A stretch of DNA of 61,240 nucleotides, counting the filler, from Rhabdomonas costata (taxonomy: Eukaryota), in assembly GCA_019059605.1 (NCBI GenBank). It is 19 parts of 19 records of this genome, joined end to end, with 100 filler letters (N's around TTAATTAATTAA, not from the genome) between each part and the next. Parts side by side here need not be neighbours in the genome. Positions count along the whole stretch, not along the records: positions 1 to 3,133 come from JAHMHO010001319.1; positions 3,234 to 6,363 come from JAHMHO010001320.1; positions 6,464 to 9,597 come from JAHMHO010001321.1; positions 9,698 to 12,826 come from JAHMHO010001322.1; 15 more parts are not named here. The stretch is one strand, 5' to 3'. A program made the translations under genes and the position numbers. Below are positions 1 to 12,226 of the stretch, piece after piece (positions within the stretch are counted from its first letter, which is position 1; each line of letters begins with the position of its first letter). Below the pieces are notes generated by a model, which saw only the letters and a program-made list of their open reading frames with translations, ran no database searches and was not told where the DNA came from.

Positions 1-109
1 TTTTTTGTGGACATATTTGTTAGGCTGCTTTAAGGAGAAATGAAGCCATTTTCAGATCTATGCTGTTCACGCTGCCTGACGGTAGCCTGTTTTTTCCGTA
101 TCGATGCAG

Positions 110-2649
110 ATTTGCTCCAGAGGGTGACGTGCCTGGTTCTCGACCAAAACAATGGCAAGCTGTCCCTCTGCGCCAGCCGGAGGGAAGCGGAGAGCCTTGT
201 GCTAGGAAGCACTGCTCCTGACAGGCTGCACCTGATCGACCTTCCCACGGCGCTGCACCAGCCCGCTGCTGCACAAGAAATCTTCCACTTGACATACATA
301 TCCCGTGAGACGCATCGGTACACTGAGAAGCAGCTTCTGCAACTGGCAGGCAAAGCCCAGGCCTTCAACTTCCGGGTGGTTATCACAGGCTTCTTGATCT
401 ACTCCAAGCCCTTCTTCATTCAAACCATCGAGGGCTGTGAGGATGCCGTCCGGTACCTCTACGCTAAGATCGCACGAGATCCCGGCCATCGGGATTGCAT
501 CTTACTCTTTACGGAGAGAAGCCAGCAAAGGAGGTATGAAAACTGGAGCATGCAGACAGCGAACATCGACTCTCTGACTAGCTTTGCCCCCCTCCGAGTT
601 CTTTTATCCCATTTGAGCTACTCCTACGCCACCATGCGGAAGTACCTGCCCCTGCCCATCACGGAGATGATGGTGAGCGGGATCGACCCCACATCCTCGC
701 CGGCTCAAGCCGCGGAGTTGTTCGTGATGGTTACGGACATTGTCTCCTTCACCACCATCACTGAGAAGCTGGTGAATCCGGAAGCTGTGGGCGTCATAGT
801 AAACGCCTTTGTGGATGCTGTGACGAGGCAGGTTGAGTCGCACCGTGGGGTGGTGCTGAAGTTTCTTGGAGATTGTGTCACGGCATACTTTGAGCGACCC
901 AACGCGGCGGAAATGGTGGCGGCCTGCCAGGAGATTCTCACCGAGGTTGGGCTGATCCAGGCTGAGAAGGGGGTCTTCTCTGTGCTGAACTGCGGGGTGG
1001 GCATCGGCTATGGCACGGCAGTGCTGTGCTCAGTGGGGTTTCGGCGCAAGGACTACGCCTTGTTCGGTCCTGCGCTCATGGATGCCACCAAGATGGAGAG
1101 TCTGACACGTGAGGTGAAAGTCAAGCTACTCCTGTCGGCCGCGGCTGGGCAAGAGTGTCTTCGGCAAGGTTGCATCGGATACCTTTCTTGATTGGTGCTT
1201 TTTGATGACGTTACCAGGCTCCTCAAAGTGGTGGGAGACGCTGCATCTTTTGTGTTACTTCTTTTCTTTTTGGTCCTTTTAGGGCTGCCGCTGCGGGAAC
1301 TTTCTGCAGGATACACAGCCATTGCATCTGATGTAGAGCTGGAGCTGGACCTGAACCGAATCGCCGCCGATATTGCGAACTTACCTGCAGCTTTGCCCGT
1401 CTTCAGCCGGTCGCAGTCAACAATGTCCGACCTCACGAAGAAGACCATGGCTTTCTACATGCTTTTTGTAGCCGAGATCAGCGAAAAGCTCTCCAAGGAC
1501 GAAGCTTCTGCGCTTATCGGGCGTCTCGGGGTCAACCACGCTCGCTTTGGAATAACAGGAACTACAATATACGCCCACCCGATGCTGTTCTGCGCAATTG
1601 AAGGGCCGGAACAGCTTCTCCTGGACACGTACAAGAAAGCTCAAGATGAGCGCGCAGTGCACAAAGTGACGTTTCTGCTGCACCGTCCAACCGAAGACCG
1701 AGTGCACGCGGAGTGGGACTCTGAGGTCCACGAGATCACCTCGCTGACCTCTTTCAGCCCGTTATGCGCCACCGTGGAGCGTCTGGGGGTCGCCATGAGT
1801 GTGATGAAGAGCTTTCTTCCGCAGGTTGTCGCAGATGCACTGCTGCTCAACCAGGACCCCACCTGCCTGCCCACGCGCCGAGTCGAAATCTTTGCGATCT
1901 TCACCCATATCAGTTGCTTTCCCGATCTGCTGGAACTTTTTGGACTGGAAGCCGCTGTTCAGGCCGTCAACATCTACGCCGAGATCTGCGCCACTCGAGT
2001 GCTGGACAACGGAGGAGAGCTTTGCAAGTTTATCGGGGACGGTGTGCTGGCCTACTTCCCTGGTGGTGGGGGAGATGGGTTGTCCCGCTGTGTGATTTCC
2101 ATCCTTTCGGATGCCCGAGCGGTGCGCACGGCAGCAGACCGTCGCCACTCCAAGGCGCTGTTCTATGTGAGCCTGGGAGTGTCCTATGGCAAAGCCTTGA
2201 TGTGCTCCATTGGCAGCAATCGTTGTGACTACACACTGATGGGTGATACCATCAACACCGCGGCTCGAGTGCAGTCGATGTGTGAGAAGCTCAACCAGCC
2301 TGTGCTGACCTGTGAAGCCACGGCGACACTGGTGAGCTCGCTGAGCCTGTTTCCTTGCGGCTCTTTTCAGATGAAGGGCAAAGCCGGGGAGGCAAAGCTT
2401 TTTGCGCTGGACAGCTCCCAGACTGTTGAGCTGACATTGAGCACCACACAGCTGAGCATGAAGATGCGGGAGCTTCGTTTTTCGTCGGGAAATCGGTCAG
2501 TGCGTTCATCGGTATCCTCAATCGATGCCACCACCAAAGCAGGGGAGAAAGCGATGGATGCCGAAAGAAGAAATGAAGGCCGAACGTTGGCTTCTTCATT
2601 CACGTACGCTGGATCTTCTCGAGCTCGATCTCCTGAGGCTCTCCTGTGA
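110..2649 (+). CDS. Photoactivated adenylyl cyclase (PAC)-like protein, BLUF-cyclase-BLUF(degenerate)-cyclase; 5' end probably off-contig
   Basis: Exons about 110-1168 and 1283-2649 are joined in frame by a 114-nt GT-AG intron (1169-1282) that removes the TGA at 1189-1191. BLUF-A (about 280-555): LTYIS...N...ITGFL...FIQTIEG...DPGH...WSM. Cyclase-A: TDIVSFT...KFLGDCVTAYF. BLUF-B (about 1447-1725): GITG...IEG. Cyclase-B: KFIGDG...DYTLMGDTINTAARVQ...MKGK. A pyrimidine tract plus CAG at 107-109 suggests an upstream exon or a trans-splice acceptor. Confidence 0.9.
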
Positions 2650-3133
2650 GGCCCAAACTGTTGGTTGGTCCTGTGTTTTTCGAGTTTTTCGCTGAAAGTT
2701 TGCGTTCATTTCGGTTGGCTTTTCTTACTTGTGTTTGATTTGGTTTTTGATTTTGCGAATCCCTGATCTTTTTCTGATTTATACGGTCTTTCTTTTGCCA
2801 TTTTTATTTGACGTGTGTTTGCTCTGTGCCCTCACGGCGCGGCGTTGAGAGTGCCTGATGGGGACGTTGTGCTTTTTTCGATATATATTCCCGTGACTGG
2901 GAGGTAGAATTTACTCCTGCTTTGATCCATTGCTGTCCTACGTCCTGATTTAAAACCAGGACGGTTGTGGTGTGCACGGAGAAGAACCGTGTGGTGGTGT
3001 TACTTTTCGTCCTGGAGCGTCGTTCACGAGAGCCACATTGCATCTCTACGTCGACAGCACCCCCTTGCGCTCAACTTAGCACGTTTCTGCGCAGAGCACA
3101 GCTGTCTTCGACCTTTTTTTTGCCCACACACAA

Positions 3134-3233
3134 NNNNNNNNNNNNNNNNNNNNNNNNNNNNNNNNNNNNNNNNNNNNTTAATTAATTAANNNNNNNNNNN
3201 NNNNNNNNNNNNNNNNNNNNNNNNNNNNNNNNN
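3134..3233. other. Artificial contig spacer (N44-TTAATTAATTAA-N44), recurring about every 3.2 kb (18 spacers)
   Basis: The same N-flanked linker, with stops in all six frames, sits between every pair of contigs. Neighbouring contigs are therefore not biologically linked. Confidence 0.99.
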
Positions 3234-5243
3234 CCAGAGCTGGCTGCAGGACTTGCACACTCGGGTGGCCCTGGCGCCGGCCGCGGTGACCTCCGGGGGT
3301 AGCCGGTACAACATCCCCCTGATCAACTCCTTGGTGCTGTACGTTGGGATCTCCGCCCTGTCCCAGCTTCAGGTACATCCTCACAAACACACGCATCGAT
3401 GAGGCCGCATAACCCGTAACAGAGGGCCAGGGGGGGACCCTGATTATCAGTAAGTGTGCTCCACAGACGCGACTCGAAATTACACAAGTTGAGGTACTTC
3501 CATTTACCGAAATGAGCACCGCCTTAGTGTGCAGAGAGCATGCAAACTTGGGGCGCTACCGGTGTGCAAACATGGATTCTTCTTTTGCCACGGCAACTGG
3601 ACCCAAAAATCACCTAAATGCCCCTTAAATGCCGTCTGGAGCACCTGTAAAAAGAAGCATTCCGGCCTACTCCGATGCCAGCTTGGACCGCTCGTATCCT
3701 GAGCTCTACATTAGATAGGTTAAGCTCAGTCTGCAAGCCTGCAGGCCTCAAAATTTGCCCTGTATTGACCAAATAGCTAGCAAACCTTATCAGCGTCGAG
3801 TTGAGCCCACTCCTTTCACTTCACTCTTACACACCGACATAGTGTCCAGTCGGGCCCATGCACTTCCCTCAGGGTGGGTCTGCGGACCCGCCGCAGTCCA
3901 CGGCCAGCATCGTCGACTCAGCAGCCATGGACATCTACCACACCCTTGGTGTGCCTTTATGGTTGGGATTGCACTGTGCTCCTGCCGTGCCTGTCCAGTT
4001 TCGTACCTTCCAGGACACCACGAATCACGAATGCGTTAGAGCGGTTATCAGGAAATCTATCTGGGATAAGGCATTGCAAAAAAGGATTTCAGCGCTTCTC
4101 GCACTTGAGGGGAAGGGAGGGAAGGCTGAAACGGCATGGCTGTTGTTGACGAGGGCCGCCTAATATTCCGCCTTGCACACGCACACGTGCGCACTCAAAT
4201 GCCTTCCACCGGTTCCGTCCTGATATTCCATCTACTATTCGCCAGTGCTGCACTTGGACACGGAGGGACGCTACCTGTTCCTCAACGCGCTGGCGAACCA
4301 CCTGCGGTATCCCAACAACCACACCCACTACTTCTCCTGCGTCGTCCTCCACCTGTTCGCGGAAGTCTCGCCACAGGCTGGAGAGGTACTCCTGCGCCGC
4401 ACTCTTTCGAGGAAGGGAGAGGACGCCATCGTTGTTTCACGGAGATCCTCGGGGGTTCTGAGAGTTTGAGAAAATTTCTTTCGTGATTATATGTTTTGAA
4501 GGTAAGCTGGGTTGTCGCACACAGGCCAAGGCGGTGCATGAGATCATTCAGGAGCAGATCACTCGCGTCCTGTTGGAGCGCCTGATTGTCAACCGTCCTC
4601 ACCCTTGGGGCCTACTGATTACCTTCATTGAGCTGGTGAAGAACCCCAGGTGGAGTTCCTCCCCCCTACAGTACCGTGAGTTTCGAGCATTTTCCCACAC
4701 TAGGCAGCGGACCAACTGACACCGAACGCGAGCCTCCGTTGCCATTGAGCATCCGCACTTGTTTTGCCGCTCACAATGACGCACAAGACACAGTGATGAA
4801 GCACGTGATTGTTCCCATCCCTTTGCAGTATACACACACAGACACACACCTTTACGCAACTTGTTGTTATCCATCCTTGGTTGTTTGACTTAAGGACAGT
4901 TGTGTCTGTTCCCGTTCGTGTATGTTTCGTGTTTATCGTGCTTAAGGATGGAAATTTCCTGTGTAGTTAAAGCACTGAACGGGGTGGGGTGTCCTTCAAC
5001 CTTTTCTGTACGCGCTCGTGCAGGTACGAGTTCTGGAAGAAGCCCTTCATCCACTGCACTCCGGAGATCTCCAGGCTTTTCGAGAATGTCGGACAGTCCT
5101 GCGTGGGCGGGGTGCCCAAACAGAGGTTGGGTGCGGCCCCTCAGGCTCCCTCGCAACAGCCCCAAGTTGCAGCTGTCACCGCCACTCCGACCGCGCCTCA
5201 GCAGCCGCAACAACAAGCCCAGCCCTCTGGCAAGCCGGCTTAG
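3234..5243 (+). CDS. CNOT1: CCR4-NOT complex subunit 1, C-terminal exons
   Basis: Exons 3234-3372 ([15 protein letters not shown]), 3873-3948, 4246-4364 ([28 protein letters not shown]), 4525-4649 ([34 protein letters not shown]) and 5024-5243 ([15 protein letters not shown]). All introns are GT-AG and phase-compatible. Confidence 0.95.
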
Positions 5244-6639
5244 AAAGAAAGGAAAGGCTAAGAAGGAAAGGATCGACAACGTGCTCCCTTCACCTTCGCT
5301 TCAAAAACTGCCTTCCTCCTTTCTTCCCACCTCACTCCGCAATGATTCCTTCCTACATCCTCCTCCTGCTATTCAGCCCCCCCCCTCCACAACCTTTGCC
5401 TCCTTCTCCGAAAGAAAAACTAGCAAAGTGAACGTGGTGAAGAGAGAAAACTGTGCGTTTGGACGGTTTTGGACGTTTTTTTCTTTTGAAGTTTTGACTT
5501 TCGCCTTGCACGGTGTGTTGCGTAGTCCTCAGATGCACATCAGCTTCTTCTTCTTCCTCAAAGATAGTTAACAATTTGTGGATGCCTCTGCAGAGCATTT
5601 GCTAAGAATATTCATTTTTTCGAAATGCTATGTTCTTTTAGAAATAAACCATCACCACTTGATATCTCTCACGCGCGTTTTACCCAAAAACACAAGGCTT
5701 ACCGCATCCAGTCTTCGTTTTTTGCGCTATCAAATAAGTTTCGGATCAGAAACGAACTTGAGACTTGCGACCTGCCCCCAACAACTTATTTTGTTCCCTT
5801 CGTTTGGTTATCACGCGGCACGAATTTGTGAACGATCCACTTTTGAATGCTGTCGCGGACTTTTTCCGGGACTGAAATCTTTACAAAAAAGCCGCCGCCA
5901 TTTGCTACCGGCCATTTCCGGCAATGACCATGGAGGTACGGCCAAAAACGTGGCCGCTCCCCAATCTTTTGCCGTTTGCCCACCCAAGGCCCACCCAAGG
6001 AAAAGGAAGTGCCGATTTTTAAACGTCTTATGCCACCCCTCCTTTTGGATATGGGATTGAGGCAAGAAAGTTGAACTGTAACCGCCGGGCGCGGTGAAGT
6101 AATGTGTGTATTGACTATAACGCTCTACCAGGACTTCCCTGCGCTCGCGCTGTTCCCCGGGATGCTCAACCACACGTCAAAAGCCAATGCCCCTATGCCT
6201 CCGCAACAATGCTGTGGTTTAAAGCATGTTCGATATAGCCAATACGACACACCATGCCATAAGTTTGCAACAGGAGGCACCCGCATGCCTGATTCCTCCG
6301 GACAGTGGAATTTTCAATGCCCATCCTTGCCATACTTCCACCGCGCACTTGGCCACCACCAACNNNNNNNNNNNNNNNNNNNNNNNNNNNNNNNNNNNNN
6401 NNNNNNNTTAATTAATTAANNNNNNNNNNNNNNNNNNNNNNNNNNNNNNNNNNNNNNNNNNNNTGGGGGGAAAGCAGCGGTAACAGTTACCAGTGATAAC
6501 AGAAAACTGGCATGGTTTCAGCTATCCTGTTTCCCATTCCTTTATAGGGTGATCGTGTTTATTTTCGTTTCGCATTCCTTTGACAGCAGTGCGGTAATAG
6601 GAATATAGTTTTTCGTCTCCATCTTTCCTTTTTTCTCAG

Positions 6640-8581
6640 GCATCCTTCGGGTGGCGTACAGCAATTTTTCCAGGCTGCTGCTGTCGTGCGGGTACAGCCG
6701 GGACGTGTGGGTATGGAACCCGTTCACCAGGAACGTCCTGCACAAGCTGTGTGGGCATGACAAGGTGGTGATCAACATCCACTGTGTGGACAACTCCAGG
6801 GAGGCAATCTCCTGCGACGAGTCCGGGAAGATCGGTGTGTGCGTCAGTATGTTCGAACCACAGATCCTGGCTTTCTCACTGGGTTTAGCTTTTTTCTCTT
6901 GCTTTTTTGTCGAGGTGTGGCCTGCATCCCACTTCCATCCATGATGCGAGTTGACTCACAAGGTGAGCCACGAAACAGCGCAAGACTGTGCCAGTGGACT
7001 GCTGTGCAAGTGGCTAGCTCGCGGATCCGAAGCACCAAACGTTTTGCAAATTTAAACCAATTACCATGGTCAATTTTAGGGAGTGAAAACCGACGCGGGT
7101 ATGAGGTTGATCGAGTGGGTTGGCCGTTTGATGAAATTCCATTTTTCACCTTCTCGCACCCGTGCATCCTCTGCATCGAAGCACCCGGTCCCAAGCTGAC
7201 ACACATACACACACAAACAAACACACCGCACACACATACGGGCTGCAGGAACGCGGCCTCCAGGGAGGGCAGAGGCCGAGACAGTCACCGGAAGAGTCCA
7301 AGATAGAGGATAAAGAAATCGCACCGGGCAGAAGCTGGAAGACTGAGATGCGCGGGAACCGAAGAAGAGGTTACCGTGTTGGGAAGGCTCGGCAGTGAGC
7401 TAGTTTCCCACGGCACCTTTCGCTCCGAAGTCACCTCCCGCGAGCACCGTGGCCACCAGCGCGAGTCCACAGCGGTCACCAACAACCAACCTGGCAACAG
7501 CCAGCGCGCTTTGTCACCAACACACACATACCGACAAGCTTGCAGCTCGCCCCTGACTAGGGGTAGAGTCACGCCGATAGTCCGACCCCCGGAAACCGGA
7601 AGAGGAGTACCTCGCACCACGAACGAGCTTGTGGCCAATTCCGGTATAATGCCTCAACACCCTCCAACGGACGGAATCAATCCGAAGACTTATAGAAATT
7701 GGCGTGGATGGTTTCCCAGATGGGTGGAATTTTTGTGCTGATGAAAAAAGCAGATTGGAATAGTTGGGGGATGCTTAAGTCCAGTATACGGTTCAGTTCG
7801 GCGCAGAAGGCACCGCCGCGCTGTGGTTCTCCCCCTTAGTGGAACTTCCCTACCCCACACCACTTCCTGCCCCTTCCACGACAGTGGTATGGGACATCTT
7901 GAAGAACACGATCGCGCAGACCTTCGGCGGCGCCGAGGCCAAGACCCCGATCGGCACCGTTACCGCGACGGCGTTCAACCCAGAGCACACCACAATCTGC
8001 GCCATTGGCTCCAACATCTCCCTGTGGACCTGCCGGGACAGCATTGACACCCAGACCCTGTCCCTGCCGCGGCCTGTGTCCTGCATGCTGTACCACAAGG
8101 CTTATCGAATGCTGCTCACCGCTTGTGGGGACCGCATCTCTCTGTGGCAGGCAACTCCTCCCCCTCTGCCTGCATATGCCTGCATTTGAGGGCACAGAGG
8201 TGAACTTCTGGTGCTCAATATGGCGATTGAGAGAGGTCTTATCATGAATGGGATTGTTCTCAATGCAGTGGCGTGGCTGATGTCACTCCACTTTTGTCCA
8301 CCCCGGCTGTCCCAGAAAAGAAGAAAGAGCCCAAAAAGAGCAAAGGGCCTCTGTTGCCTCCTGCCTGATCCTCGGCTGCTGTGATTGAACATGAAATGCT
8401 TCCGAGGAATCCGCGTTCAGAGCGGCTCCACCCGAATAGAACCACCGGTAAGATCCATTGCCCTACCCAGGTCCTCAATCCTCAAATCCCCTGTGCTGAC
8501 CACCTCTACAAGTTCCCCGCCTGGGCCTTCCACGGGCTGTGCGCTCTCTCAACCGACGTCGATGACGGGACGGAGTGGACA
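6640..8581 (+). CDS. WD40-repeat protein, internal exons (possibly WDR49/WDR64-like)
   Basis: Exons 6640-6834 (LLSCGYSRDVWVWNPF...LCGH...ISCDESGKI), 7885-8150 (VVWDI...LLTACGDRISLWQ) and 8471-8581. The second intron has a GC donor. Confidence 0.75.
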
Positions 8582-9733
8582 GTGCATACGAAAAGCAAGC
8601 TCGTTTGACGCTGCCTATGCTCGCATCAGCTTCTCGAGAATGGCCTTCGCAGCCACACACACACACACACAAGCACACACACATGCACAGACTCGAGAAC
8701 GCGACTTTCCCAGCGGAGGTGGCCTTGCAAATGAGAAAACAGAGATTCGGTGATTCTTGCGAGTTGGAGGCGGCCAAGAGCCATTTGCCTGGCCCCATCG
8801 GGCGTGGGTGCTTTTGAATATACCGACAATTTTTTCGAACCCTCGGAAGCGCCAAAAACGACGGATTGAAAAGGAAAAAAGCTTCCAAGGGGCACACGGA
8901 CCGGTAACAGGGTGCGAGCACTGGTTTCGGGAGGGCTTTTGTGTATGTCAAGACCCCAGGATTGCTTCGGCTTTGCCCTCTGCCAGCGTTAAATTTTACA
9001 TAACTTCGTCGCATATGTTTTTTTCTGGGTCGGAAATCAAGCGCGACTGCAGAAGTACACAGTGTACCCTGTCGGGTCATGCCCTACCAGTTGGGTTGAA
9101 GTTGTGAGTGGGGGATCACCATCCACTTACAGCTTACCAGCCTTTTGGTAGAATCATCTGGACCATCAATTAACCCAAAGAAGACACAGTCAGCCTCTCT
9201 CCAAGCTGCGCTGTTACCAGTGGAAAAAAATTTCTTTATGGACCATTCGATAATACGGTCCGCAAACACACACTGATTTGTGTGGATGGATTGGCACCCG
9301 CCAATCCACCATACACACACAAACAGTTTAACGTCTTCTTTAAAAATGATAAAAAAACGATACAATTTTCTTTTACCCGTGGTAATTGTTACCATGGGAG
9401 TCGCCCCACACACACGAATACTCATACCCCATTTCTTTTCACCACTCGGGAGGAAAGCAGCCACGATCAGTTCAAAGGAAAGGAAGTGAGAAAGAAGAAG
9501 AAGAAGATTAGCCAGGAGTGGAGTGGTGAGATAAAACCTAACCTAACCTACAATCACAAACTGATCAGCGCTCAATACATGGGCGAAACCACAACCCNNN
9601 NNNNNNNNNNNNNNNNNNNNNNNNNNNNNNNNNNNNNNNNNTTAATTAATTAANNNNNNNNNNNNNNNNNNNNNNNNNNNNNNNNNNNNNNNNNNNNTTT
9701 TTGGTGTCCTGGAGTCTGCAGTGACGAAGCAAA

Positions 9734-9828
9734 TTTCCTGATCTAGGGGGCTCTCGGAGAACTCCATAACCACTCTCGGAGCTTTGCTTCGTCACTGCAG
9801 ACTCCAGGACATCATAAAGTGTCAACAT
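9734..9828 (-). mobile_element. Degenerate N-terminal stub of a Merlin/IS1595-like transposase (relative of 30762-31049)
   Basis: MLTLYDVLE, then in a shifted frame CSDEAKLREWL, then YGVLREPPR. This matches MLTLYDLLSIVDDDVERKKWMEQYGMRRP starting at 31049. Confidence 0.4.
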
Positions 9829-11916
9829 GAGCAATGAAAGGAGCCTTAAAAAAAAGGTACACTGCTGAAGGAGTGCCGTTTATTTTTCTTCTTCGGTTGT
9901 GGACAATCAATGAGGCTTTTTGTGTGCGCTGCCATGCAGATGCAAAAATGGACAAACGTTGTGTTGTGTGGGATGGGAAAGATGGTTGTCAATCCAGAAG
10001 GATATTGCACCAAAACCTAAAGAGATAATTCACTGTGGGCCTTTTCTCAAAGAATGCGTGAAGCAGGAGATCCGACCCCGGTCTTGGGGAATCCTCCACC
10101 AGGACACCTCAAGGTCAGGCTTGGCCCTCACCACTGCCGCGCCACACCACCCGCCAGCGCAATAGACACAGCCACTCGAACCTCCGCAGTCACCTCCGGA
10201 AGTCCCCCGTTCTAAGTTGCTCGGTTCTGAGTCAGCTGCCGCACAAAACGCTGCCCCGACATCACGCCCGGTCGTCTCCATGGCAACGTGCATAGCTCAC
10301 CTCACTTTGTCGTATTCCTCTACCTTAGATCTGGTTAGATGCTCCGACTGGTCTTTGAAGAGAGGTCAATGGAGTCAATTTTTGCGTCATTGTATCCTGT
10401 TCAATATCTTTTTATTCATTTTTAATCGTATGAGATAAGGTTTGGACGAGCGTTGGTGTTCAATCGCGATGGTGGCGGTTCAGGCAGGGACGCCGTTCGA
10501 AATGCGCTGCAGGTGGCCGACCTTCACCTAAGACGCTGGACTTCATGTCCACAACCATGGAACCATAATTTCCTGTGCGGTCAATTTTCCATGTACGCGT
10601 AGCTGGTTTTCCCTTCTTGCCGTCCTGTAATCTTTTACGGGTTTGCCTTTGCTTCTTTTTTTTCATCTAGCTCTGTTTTTTTGGGCTCTGTATGTGCTCT
10701 GCGCGCCTGTGGCCCAGGTGGCAGTTTCTAAGGGAAAAGTTCTGAGGGTTTGTGGCACGCCCCCGAAATGCGGCGAGCGGGCGTCCCTGGGTTCATCGAT
10801 GCTGCCCTTCGTGGGCAGGCACTGTGAGGGATTGGCTGACCCGTCTGGATACTGCTCCCTGTAACCCTGAGTCTCTCTCACCCCGCGACAACTTTTTCCT
10901 GAGTGCTCGAGGGGCGGAGGAAGTCAGGCAGTTGCTTTGTGGAGCGTTACCGGATTTTTGCTTGTTAGTGCGCGCTGTGGGCATGGGGAATAGGTGCGTT
11001 GATTAAAGGCTGAGGTGGCTATGGTTGAACTTGCCGTCACTGTGGTAACTTACCCTGCCACAACGTAACCTTAACTAGGCACAATGCCCCCCCCCCAACG
11101 GTGCATGTCCCAATATGTGCCTTCTTTTCCATTGCACATGGTTTGATTGTGGCAAACACCATCGAAGACAACTGTGGGTTTCTTTCATCCTCCTGCACCC
11201 GCTGCCTTCGTGTAGACTGCACTTCTTCGGTAGAAGCCCCTTGTGAGAGCTGTGCGCAAGTGCTATGCCGGACGCTCGTCTGCGGCGGGTGCTACTCTGC
11301 GTGGCCTTTGTGTTCGGATGCGTGTGCTGGAAGGCCACCCACGACTCCGCCTCCCCTTTGGCCCAAGTCGGGGAGCCTGTCAAGAGCCTGCAAGAAGCCT
11401 CCTCGACTGGGCACACGCCGTGGTCTCACGTGCACAGGCCATGGCCGAAAACCATGGCCGCTGGACTGCCCTCAGGTGAGATGGTTTTCTTTTTTTACAC
11501 TTAATGGGGAGTGCACCTTCGGGACATTCGGGTGGAGATAGGTAGCATTGTGTTGGTTACCTGGTTACCTGGTTGCCGTCAGTGACGCCTTCTTGCGGGT
11601 CTATTCATGTAATCTGGTAACCCCAAAAAAAATTTTTCACTGACAAATCGCTGGTGGTGTGGTAACTCTCTTTCGGTCAAAAGCAAAGGGCACTAGCGCC
11701 AGGTGCCCGAACAAAAGCACGGGACGGTAAATCTGCTGGTTTCATTTTTTTTGAGTGTCGTGCCGGGACTCTGCCCTTCGGTCGCAGAGCCAGGTGCTGA
11801 AAGGAGCGCCCTTTGTCCGGTCCACTGTGCATTCTGCATGTCATCCTTCCCTTTTGCGGTAAGTGCCGCGAAGGAGCCAAAGGTATTTCCCACCGCTCAC
11901 AATTCCTTTTTGGCAG

Positions 11917-12226
11917 GAGGCACCGCGGACTGGGCCCCTGGGGGCGAGGAGGAGTCCCCCGATGACGTCGCCAACGCAGTACGCCGGGAGCTCCGGCTGC
12001 GGCCTTCCAGTGGTCCTGGCAGTGGAGCGGGGGGTGGCAGTGATGGCCCACGGGACGATGGGAATGCAAGTCACCCGCCGCGACGCGGTGCCATCTCTGT
12101 TGTCAATGTGGGTGGAGGGAGCAGCAACGGCTCGGCAGGCCCTCCCGAGCAGCTGGGGGCGTACTTTGATAGCTTGGAGGCCTTTATCGCCTCCCACACG
12201 AAGTTCCTGATCAGCAACAGCCAGCG
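11917..12226 (+). CDS. Exon of an unidentified protein
   Basis: GC-rich open segment bounded by TTTTTGGCAG and GTAC. It is Gly/Ser-rich, followed by LGAYFDSLEAFIASHTKFLISNSQR. Confidence 0.5.

Noticed and set aside
1189-1191. TGA readthrough or selenocysteine linking the two in-frame PAC ORFs
   Set aside because: The stop lies inside a 114-nt GT-AG intron with a clear pyrimidine tract.
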